From a virus, in IMG/VR virus record IMGVR_UViG_3300045988_027218, positions 1 to 35,645 of that record: a stretch of 35,645 bases of DNA; one strand, 5' to 3'. The notes under the pieces are model-generated. The model saw only the letters and a program-made list of their open reading frames with translations, did not search any database and was not told where the DNA came from. The position numbers and the translations under genes are program-made. Below, piece by piece: positions 7,722 to 13,991 of this stretch; the stretch's first letter is position 1, and every line of letters starts with the position of its first letter.

Positions 7722-7928
7722 ATGATTAATTGGATTTGTGGAGCTATATGTGGAAGTGGTGCAACACTTCTTCTATATAGCATAATGGTAGGAAAAAGGA
7801 TTCAAGAAGAACAAGACAAAGCTTGTAAATGTATTTTTAAATACGAAGAATACAGAAGAAGAATCAGAACTTTAGAATATGAAAAAAAGAAATTAGAGTA
7901 TGATTTGAAATCTGCTCAACAGAGGTAA
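7722..7928 (+). CDS. hypothetical protein (N-terminal TM helix, basic coiled-coil tail)
   Basis: SD AAAGGGGA upstream. The N-terminus WICGAICGSGATLLLYSIMV is hydrophobic. Confidence 0.6.
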   Translation: MINWICGAICGSGATLLLYSIMVGKRIQEEQDKACKCIFKYEEYRRRIRTLEYEKKKLEYDLKSAQQR

Positions 7929-7933
7929 TCAAT

Positions 7934-8551
7934 ATGGACTACATGATGTTAGAGCCTTACACAAATGAATTTAAAGGATTTGTAAGCGACGAAAAGGTAA
8001 TGGACGAGTTAGGGTTAACGAAAGCACAATTTGACGCACACGTTATGTATCAAAGGTTATATAAAGGATGTGTATTAATTGAAGATGAAGCAGATGAAAA
8101 GAAAGCAAGCGATACAGAAATGTATGAATTAATTGAAACATCCAAAACAGGCAGAAGATGGTACATTTCAAATCGTTTAAATGTAATTTCAGTTAGTAAA
8201 GATGGAGTGAAAAGCAAGATTCATCCTTCATTTGATAAAGGAGCTTACAGAGTTTGTATAAATGGGAAGATGTATCAACTATACAGATTAGCATATAAAG
8301 CTTTTATTGGTGAATTGAGCAGAAGTTACAAAGTTCGCTTAAAAGGAAAAAAACACGTTAAGAATCTTTATCTTGTAAGCAATGGAATTGACGGTGGAAA
8401 AGTATGTCAAAAGAAAGTTGTATTAAATGGAGTTGAATATGAATCAATCGCACAATGCGCAAGAAATACAGGATATACACCTAGTGCAATATCAATTATG
8501 TTGCGTGGAATCGTAAAGAACAGTTTAGGTGTTAGATATGCAGAGGTATAA
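7934..8551 (+). CDS. DNA-binding protein related to NUMOD-type homing endonucleases (catalytic His apparently absent)
   Basis: RRWYISNRLNVISVSKDGVKSKIHPSFDKGAYRVCINGKMYQLYRLAYKAFIG resembles the NUMOD4/HNH_3 core but has YRL where HRL is expected. The C-terminus VLNGVEYESIAQCARNTGYTPSAISIMLRG resembles a NUMOD1 HTH. Confidence 0.4.
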   Translation: MDYMMLEPYTNEFKGFVSDEKVMDELGLTKAQFDAHVMYQRLYKGCVLIEDEADEKKASDTEMYELIETSKTGRRWYISNRLNVISVSKDGVKSKIHPSFDKGAYRVCINGKMYQLYRLAYKAFIGELSRSYKVRLKGKKHVKNLYLVSNGIDGGKVCQKKVVLNGVEYESIAQCARNTGYTPSAISIMLRGIVKNSLGVRYAEV

Positions 8552-8553
8552 AA

Positions 8554-8997
8554 ATGAATAAAGAACATAAATATGATGAATGTAAATACGAACATGATTC
8601 TGCAATTGATGAACCATGCGTGAGTTGCAGTAAATCAACAAGTCATTTTGAGCCAAAAGAACATGATGAAATCGACATGGTGAATCATCCACAACATTAC
8701 AACAGAGATGGAGCAATTGAGTGTATTGACGAAATGATAACAGTATTTGGAAAATATATTGTTGCTTGTTTCTGCTTGTGCAATGTATGGAAATATAGAT
8801 ACAGAGCTTCAGATAAGGGACATGAAGAGGACTTATCTAAATCTGACTATTATATGGCTAAGTATAAGGAATTAATTACAGGACGCAGTGTATTAGGATT
8901 TGAAAGTGTTATGGAACTTGAAGAATTAGAAGATATTGTAAAAGAAAAATTAGATAAATTGTATTTAGAAAGAGAGATAAAGAAACATGACAAGTAA
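8554..8997 (+). CDS. DUF3310-family protein
   Basis: NHPQHYNRDGAIECIDEMITVFG...LCNVWKYRYRASDKGHEEDLSKSDYYMAKY matches the recalled DUF3310 pattern (HP.HY...iEcID...KY..R...K...DL.KA.wY). Confidence 0.65.
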   Translation: MNKEHKYDECKYEHDSAIDEPCVSCSKSTSHFEPKEHDEIDMVNHPQHYNRDGAIECIDEMITVFGKYIVACFCLCNVWKYRYRASDKGHEEDLSKSDYYMAKYKELITGRSVLGFESVMELEELEDIVKEKLDKLYLEREIKKHDK

Positions 8998-9502
8998 AGA
9001 ATTTGAATTAATCAAAGAAATGCTTCAAATGCAGAAAAAGCTAGATGAAGCAATTATGGAAGAATACGGATTGACTGAGATTGATGAAGAAAATTTAAGA
9101 ATGGCTATTTTGGATGAAGTAGGCGAATTAACACACGAGCTTAAAGGAGATTGGTGTTGGTGGAAAAAGACTCAAGCTCCTGTAGATATGAGAAAGGTAT
9201 TAGGAGAATTAATTGATGTTTGGCATTTCGTTTTAAGTTATCAGAATCATTTCAATGGTGGTGAAAATGGAATTTTAAATGCTTTAATGTTTATAAGAAA
9301 TTCAGATAATATATTCAAGCTTTTAATGACTAATGAATATAAGTTAAGTGAAACATTGACTGATTTAGCTACATGGAATATTCATAAAATGGAAAGATTA
9401 ATTGCAATCTCAGAATACTTAGGTTTCACAATTGAGCAAGTATATGAATGCTATTGTGAAAAGAACAAAATCAACTATCAAAGATTGAAAGAAGGTTATT
9501 AA
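8987..9502 (+). CDS. dimeric dUTPase / all-alpha NTP-pyrophosphohydrolase-like protein
   Basis: MLQMQKKLDEAI...AILDEVGELTHELKGDWCWWKK...LGELIDVWHFVLSY resembles the dUTPase_2 / MazG-like family (from memory). Confidence 0.55.
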   Translation: MTSKEFELIKEMLQMQKKLDEAIMEEYGLTEIDEENLRMAILDEVGELTHELKGDWCWWKKTQAPVDMRKVLGELIDVWHFVLSYQNHFNGGENGILNALMFIRNSDNIFKLLMTNEYKLSETLTDLATWNIHKMERLIAISEYLGFTIEQVYECYCEKNKINYQRLKEGY

Positions 9503-9503
9503 A

Positions 9504-9890
9504 ATGTACAACCCTAACTATTTAAAAGCAATTCTTATTTATGTAAGAGATAAACAAACAGGATATATTCACATTGTAGGAACAGACCAACACGATAGAT
9601 TATATCTAGATGATAATGGAAACATCCAATATATGAATTTACAGAATTGTGGAACTACTGAAGGTGATTATGAATTTGTGTTAGATGAGCAAGGACATAA
9701 TCAAAACAATCTTACCTATACTAAGGAAGAACAAGAGAAATATGGATTAAGTAATATGGATGATTATTTTGATTCAATTGATTTAGAAACATACATGGAT
9801 TTGGAAAGTAAAAAGAGAATCCAAGAATTAACAGAAATCAATATGCGATTAGTTACAGAAAAGCAAAGGAGAAATAAAGATGTGGATTAG
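9504..9890 (+). CDS. hypothetical protein
   Basis: 128-aa ORF. ATG lies 6 nt after GAAGG and is tightly packed against its neighbours. Confidence 0.6.
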   Translation: MYNPNYLKAILIYVRDKQTGYIHIVGTDQHDRLYLDDNGNIQYMNLQNCGTTEGDYEFVLDEQGHNQNNLTYTKEEQEKYGLSNMDDYFDSIDLETYMDLESKKRIQELTEINMRLVTEKQRRNKDVD

Positions 9891-10143
9891 AAGTCAAGAC
9901 AGAAAGATTTTAACAGAGATTCATAATTTAGATATTGATGATATTAATCAAATATGGGACGGTAGTTCATTGCTTGGCAAGTACTCAAGTGAATAAAAAG
10001 CTCTAAAAGTTCTAGATAGAATTGAAGAACTTATTCAATATCAGTACAAATTAACATTCTGTATGCCTGCAGATGATGAAGTGGTAACAGTCAAAAAAGA
10101 AGTTGATGAATTTGTTAAAAAGCTAAAGGAGCAAGAACAATGA
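9880..10143 (+). pseudogene. small phage gene interrupted by an in-frame TAA (9994-9996)
   Basis: ATG 9880 (SD GGAGA) gives MWIRSQDRKILTEIHNLDIDDINQIWDGSSLLGKYSSE. After the stop the same frame continues as KALKVLDRIEELIQYQYKLTFCMPADDEVVTVKKEVDEFVKKLKEQEQ. It ends at TGA 10141-10143, in an ATGA overlap with the next gene. The second half has no start of its own. Confidence 0.45.
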
Positions 10144-10400
10144 TTAAAACAAGGATTGAAGAAGGACTCGATTCTTTAATTGAAATGTACACTATAGAAA
10201 TTGAAGATGATACAGAATGTCTAAAAAAGTATAAAGATGAGTTGGAGAATGTTTTAAAAGAATCTGACTGCTTATCAGAAGTTGATAATAGCAGAATATG
10301 TAGTTTGCACAAAATTGTAGAAAGAAAGGCAAACCAAATCGTTTTGAAGAAAGAATTTTTACTCAATTTAAATTGTATTAGAGAGGCAAACGATGATTGA
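10140..10400 (+). CDS. hypothetical protein
   Basis: 86-aa ORF, coupled to the upstream frame by an ATGA overlap. Confidence 0.6.
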   Translation: MIKTRIEEGLDSLIEMYTIEIEDDTECLKKYKDELENVLKESDCLSEVDNSRICSLHKIVERKANQIVLKKEFLLNLNCIREANDD

Positions 10401-10623
10401 AGAAAGAATTGATAAGTTGATTAAAACGTATCAAGGATATATTGATAAGAATCAAACATTAATTGATTTTAATAACGGTGTATTACTATACCGATTAGAG
10501 CAACGGTATGAAGATTACATTGAACTTAGTGCAAGAAAAATTGAAGAATTACGAAAAGAAAATGAACTTTTCAGAACATTTATTGAATCACTAGAATATG
10601 CAAAGGCAGGAGAAAGAAAATGA
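10393..10623 (+). CDS. hypothetical coiled-coil protein
   Basis: SD GAGAGG upstream; overlaps both neighbours. Confidence 0.6.
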   Translation: MIEERIDKLIKTYQGYIDKNQTLIDFNNGVLLYRLEQRYEDYIELSARKIEELRKENELFRTFIESLEYAKAGERK

Positions 10624-10919
10624 ATAATAAAGAATTGAAAAAAAGCTTAGAAAAGGAAAGAAAAAAGCAAAGAGAAGATGTCATAAAAATAAATACTTTT
10701 ATCAGATTAGATAAAAGCAGTGCTTCTGAAATCGATAAACAAATTGAGCAAACTTATTTATCTTTGCAAAAGAATATTAAATTTGTCTGTACCAATAAAG
10801 ACTTGATGAACAGTATGCTAGATGAATTAGACTACATTGTTTACGCATCGAAACTATATGGTGGAAAGCATGTTATGGAAGAATTGGATAATCGTTACAA
10901 AAATAAATTAATGAGTTAA
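10620..10919 (+). CDS. hypothetical protein
   Basis: ATGA overlap with the upstream gene, with GGAGA upstream. Confidence 0.6.
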   Translation: MNNKELKKSLEKERKKQREDVIKINTFIRLDKSSASEIDKQIEQTYLSLQKNIKFVCTNKDLMNSMLDELDYIVYASKLYGGKHVMEELDNRYKNKLMS

Positions 10920-10932
10920 AAGGAGAATGAAA

Positions 10933-11193
10933 ATGATTAGATTACAAAATAATTATGCAATCACTTCTAACGGTGGTTCATTCGCCCTTGTAACGTTCGT
11001 AAAGGGTAAGGATAAAGAAGGAAATGAGATAGACGCACAAAAGCCTATCTCATACCATACAACGCTAGAATCGGCTTTACAGAGCTATTCTAACAATCGT
11101 ATGGCAGATTTAGTTAGCAACTTTGATATGGGTTTAAAGGATGTTAAGAAAGCTATTGACGATTTAAAAAGGGAGATAAAGGCATATGAATAA
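10933..11193 (+). CDS. hypothetical protein
   Basis: ATG 10933 lies 7 nt after AGGAG. The ORF-track ATG 10927 abuts the SD. Confidence 0.6.
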   Translation: MIRLQNNYAITSNGGSFALVTFVKGKDKEGNEIDAQKPISYHTTLESALQSYSNNRMADLVSNFDMGLKDVKKAIDDLKREIKAYE

Positions 11194-11491
11194 ATATCAA
11201 GAAGTGTTGCAAGTTCTTGAAAAGGAATATCAAGTTACGTGTGATGTAGCAGGGATAGAAGAGACTGACCGTGCCAAGTTATATTTTCGATTGTTGGAAA
11301 ATCTTACGGATAAAGAAACGCCAAAGAAACCAATAGATGTTGAAATTGGCCCATGCGGTGATTTGATGTTATGTTGTCCAAATTGCGAGCATGGAGTTGT
11401 GCCTATTCCGACATATCATGGAAATAAATATTATCCACGTTGTCCATTCTGTGGGCAGAAGTTAATGGAGGAAGATAAAGATGACTGCTAA
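11186..11491 (+). CDS. zinc-ribbon protein
   Basis: CCPNCEHG...CPFCGQK forms a C4 pattern. Confidence 0.6.
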   Translation: MNKYQEVLQVLEKEYQVTCDVAGIEETDRAKLYFRLLENLTDKETPKKPIDVEIGPCGDLMLCCPNCEHGVVPIPTYHGNKYYPRCPFCGQKLMEEDKDDC

Positions 11492-11891
11492 AGAGATGTT
11501 TGAAGAAGAAAAACAAGAAATAAAACAGGAAACAAATTATGAACATTTTAAAGATGAAATCATAGAAAATTCCGGCTACTGTTTTGCACTAGTCGACGGA
11601 AAGCCTTGTAAATGCAGTGGTGTTAGTTGTAGCGAGTGTGGATTTAGTACAGAATATGGATGCAGTGAAAAGATTAAAGAATGGTTAAATAAACCATATG
11701 AAAAGCCAAAATATAAGCTAACTCAATTTGAGTATGATTTGTTAAGCGTGCATAAAGATTATAAAACGTATAATAACATTGCAAATCAAATACATTTGTT
11801 TAAAATGCGTGAAAAGGGATATTTTAAAGACGTTGATACAAATATTCCAATTCGTGAAATCTTAGACAATTGCGAGGTAATTAAAAGATAG
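11481..11891 (+). CDS. hypothetical Cys-rich protein
   Basis: SD GGAGGA upstream. Contains the Cys-rich stretch CKCSGVSCSECGFSTEYGC. Confidence 0.6.
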   Translation: MTAKEMFEEEKQEIKQETNYEHFKDEIIENSGYCFALVDGKPCKCSGVSCSECGFSTEYGCSEKIKEWLNKPYEKPKYKLTQFEYDLLSVHKDYKTYNNIANQIHLFKMREKGYFKDVDTNIPIREILDNCEVIKR

Positions 11892-11905
11892 AAAAGAGGT
11901 AGAAA

Positions 11906-12388
11906 ATGATTAATGTAGTAGTAATAGCAGGACATCTAACTAAAGATGTTGAATTATCAAAAACACAAAAAGGAAATAGCGTAGCAAAATTTACAGTAGC
12001 AGTAAATGGAATCAATGATAATACAGATTTTATTAATTGTGTGGCATGGAATAAATTAGCAGATATTGTAAATATGTATTGCAAAAAAGGTGATTTAGTT
12101 ACAGTCGAAGGAAGAATTAGTGTTAGAAATTATGAGAATCAACAAGGGCAGAAAGTGTATATCACTGAGGTTGTGGCTAATAACGTGCAATTACCGCCTA
12201 AAAACGCTTCTAATGGGCAGAATTATAGTTCTAATGTAAATGCATATCAATATCCAAATCAAGCAAATAGCAACGCTTACGGCGTTCAAAACACATATAC
12301 GCAACCTAGTTTAACACAACAGATTGCACAACAAGAATATAACGGTGAAAATGATTTAGATATTGCTTCAGACGATTTACCATTCTAG
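11906..12388 (+). CDS. ssb: single-stranded DNA-binding protein
   Basis: OB-fold N-terminus MINVVVIAGHLTKDVELSKTQKGNSVAKFTVAVNG...VEGRISVRNYENQQGQKVYITEVVANNVQL, a Q/N-rich linker and the acidic tail DDLPF. Confidence 0.92.
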   Translation: MINVVVIAGHLTKDVELSKTQKGNSVAKFTVAVNGINDNTDFINCVAWNKLADIVNMYCKKGDLVTVEGRISVRNYENQQGQKVYITEVVANNVQLPPKNASNGQNYSSNVNAYQYPNQANSNAYGVQNTYTQPSLTQQIAQQEYNGENDLDIASDDLPF

Positions 12389-12406
12389 GAGGTGGCACTA
12401 ATAGAA

Positions 12407-12595
12407 ATGAATTATGAAGAAAGGATTAAAGAGTTAATTTCTAAGAATAACAGATTAGGAATGGCGAACATTGAGCTTAATCAGACTTTAAAAGAAAGAA
12501 ATGCAACAATTCATAATCAAACACACGAGATTAATAGATTAAAAAATAAAGTTGGCGAATTAGAAAATAGATTAATGAGGATGTATACATCATGA
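12407..12595 (+). CDS. hypothetical coiled-coil protein
   Basis: ATG 12407 is downstream of AGGAGGTGG. The ORF-track GTG 12392 lies inside the SD. Confidence 0.55.
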   Translation: MNYEERIKELISKNNRLGMANIELNQTLKERNATIHNQTHEINRLKNKVGELENRLMRMYTS

Positions 12596-12918
12596 GTACA
12601 TATGAAGAAGTTAAAAAACATTTTCTATGCGAATGTCAATCTTATACATACTATGAGCAAAAGATAGCAGAGCTACAAAGGGATGAAGCAATTTATCCTT
12701 TAAAAGCCGAGCTATTCTTGGCTCATGCAGATTATGCAAGAAGAATGAATTATGTAAAAGACAAATTAAGCCAACTTGATGATACGACTAGAGCCATGAT
12801 TGAGTATAGATATATAAAGGGATTCAGTGCAGAAAAAACATCTAATATTGTAGGTTATGCACGAGAAGAGATTCCAAGAAAAATAAATAAGAACTTGAAG
12901 AAAGTGCTCACAATGTGA
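12592..12918 (+). CDS. small sigma-70 region-4-like / ArpU-RinA-type late transcription regulator
   Basis: The C-terminal HTH LSQLDDTTRAMIEYRYIKGFSAEKTSNIVGYAREEIPRKINKNLKKV is sigma region-4-like. It is the last gene before the packaging and late module. Confidence 0.55.
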   Translation: MSTYEEVKKHFLCECQSYTYYEQKIAELQRDEAIYPLKAELFLAHADYARRMNYVKDKLSQLDDTTRAMIEYRYIKGFSAEKTSNIVGYAREEIPRKINKNLKKVLTM

Positions 12919-12927
12919 GCATTTTTT
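12905..12927 (+). terminator. hairpin/palindrome TGCTCACAATGTGAGCA plus T6 (terminator and/or regulator site)
   Basis: A perfect 8-bp inverted repeat around one central base (12905-12921) is followed by TTTTTT. It overlaps the stop codon of the regulator gene. A near-identical palindrome occurs at 22586-22600. Confidence 0.55.
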
Positions 12928-12944
12928 CATGTAATAATTGTTTT

Positions 12945-13020
12945 AGCAGGATAGAGCAGTAGTAGCTCACTAGTCTTATTAGCTAGAGGTCGAATGGTGC
13001 AATTCCTTCTCCTGCAACCA
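12945..13020 (+). tRNA. tRNA-like gene, anticodon UAU (reads AUA), with initiator-tRNA-like identity elements
   Basis: 76 nt folds by hand as AGCAGGA-TA-GAGC-AGTAGTA-GCTC-A-CTAGT-CTTATTA-GCTAG-AGGTC-GAA(T)GG-TGCAATT-CCTTC-TCCTGCA-A-CCA. The anticodon TAT is at 12977-12979 and CCA is encoded. Initiator-like features are the A1xA72 mismatch, G2:C71, C3:G70 and A11:U24. Atypical features are a bulged T-stem, G55, no GG in the D-loop, and U37. Confidence 0.6.
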
Positions 13021-13102
13021 TGTTTACAAAGCCTATCAGTAAGTCCTCCCAAAATTAGATATTAAATACCAACAATGGCATACAATTAGGCTTTGATATA
13101 TT

Positions 13103-13127
13103 ACCGAGCGTTTGTCTCGGTTCTTTT
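13103..13127 (+). terminator. rho-independent terminator downstream of the tRNA unit
   Basis: Stem ACCGAG (13103-13108) / CTCGGT (13116-13121) followed by TCTTTT. Confidence 0.55.
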
Positions 13128-13145
13128 AATAATAAGGAGGAGAAT

Positions 13146-13391
13146 ATGGGTTCAAAAGAATTTCAAGAATTAGCAATGAATGCAGTATTTCAAGTGAATC
13201 CAAATATTGCAATCAGTGAAATGTTCGTTGTATGGATGGTTAAAGTGCTTCAAAACAATAAAGCATTGATTAGTGCTCAAAGCACAGATAACTATTACGA
13301 AGTAACGTATAACGGCGATAAAAAGGAGTTATACGTTGATGAATACATAAAGAATACAAATACTTGTCTAAATGTAAATGACGCTCTATGA
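13146..13391 (+). CDS. hypothetical protein
   Basis: SD AAGGAGGAGAAT precedes the ATG. The next gene has an identical initiation region. Confidence 0.65.
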   Translation: MGSKEFQELAMNAVFQVNPNIAISEMFVVWMVKVLQNNKALISAQSTDNYYEVTYNGDKKELYVDEYIKNTNTCLNVNDAL

Positions 13392-13409
13392 GCTTAAAAG
13401 GAGGAGAAT

Positions 13410-13991
13410 ATGAATATTGTTGAAAAAAGATTAAATGAGCTAAAACCTTATGAGAATAATCCTAGAATCAATGATGGAGCAGTGAAATTTGTTAAAAATT
13501 CTATTGAGGAATTCGGCTTCAAAGTGCCTATTGTTATTGATAAAAATGGAGTGATTGTTGCAGGTCATACACGATATAAAGCTAGTCAAGAATTAGGCTT
13601 AGAAACTGTTCCTTGCGTGGTTGCAGATGATTTAACAGATGAGCAAGTAAAAGCATTTAGAATTGCAGATAATAAAACGGCAGAAAAAGCGTCTTGGGAT
13701 TTAGACGCATTAAAAACAGAAATGGAAGAGCTTGAAGAAATTGACGGAATCGATATGAGAGAATTCGGATTCGGCGATTTTGAAATTAGTGCATTAACTG
13801 AGGACATGGATGCAGAAGGATATGACAACGAGCTTATGGACGCATTTAGCGAACATTCAGAAGATATGCTAAAAAAGCAACGTGTAATCATTACATATGA
13901 AACAGAGGAAGAACAACTATTCTTAGAGAAACTATTGCAGGTAACTGAATTGAAAGTGTGCTACGACATCGAGGAATTAATGCATGAATAA
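13410..13991 (+). CDS. ParB N-terminal-domain (ParB/sulfiredoxin-like nuclease) protein
   Basis: LKPYENNPRINDGAVKFVKNSIEEFGFKVPIVIDKNGVIVAGHTRYKASQELGLETVPCVV matches the ParB-like pattern. The C-terminus is acidic. Confidence 0.75.
   Translation: MNIVEKRLNELKPYENNPRINDGAVKFVKNSIEEFGFKVPIVIDKNGVIVAGHTRYKASQELGLETVPCVVADDLTDEQVKAFRIADNKTAEKASWDLDALKTEMEELEEIDGIDMREFGFGDFEISALTEDMDAEGYDNELMDAFSEHSEDMLKKQRVIITYETEEEQLFLEKLLQVTELKVCYDIEELMHE

Noticed and set aside
12392-12406. ORF-track GTG/ATG starts that lie inside or abut the SD (12392, 31756, 32606, 10927, 3781, 5187, 24602, 24958, 18428, 19897).
   Set aside because: In each case a downstream in-frame start has proper SD spacing or an ATGA/TAATG coupling overlap. 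The track simply reports the longest ORF.
12945-13020. The tRNA could be an ochre suppressor that reads through the in-frame TAA at 9994.
   Set aside because: The loop CUUAUUA contains UUA, but with U33 fixed the anticodon at positions 34-36 is UAU, not UUA. It pairs with AUA, not UAA.
12945-13020. The tRNA-like sequence could be a remnant of an integration target, that is, an attP copy of a host tRNA 3' end.
   Set aside because: It is a full-length 76-nt cloverleaf with both acceptor strands. It lies in the middle of the genome between the late regulator and the packaging genes, far from int, and it has its own promoter-like and terminator elements.
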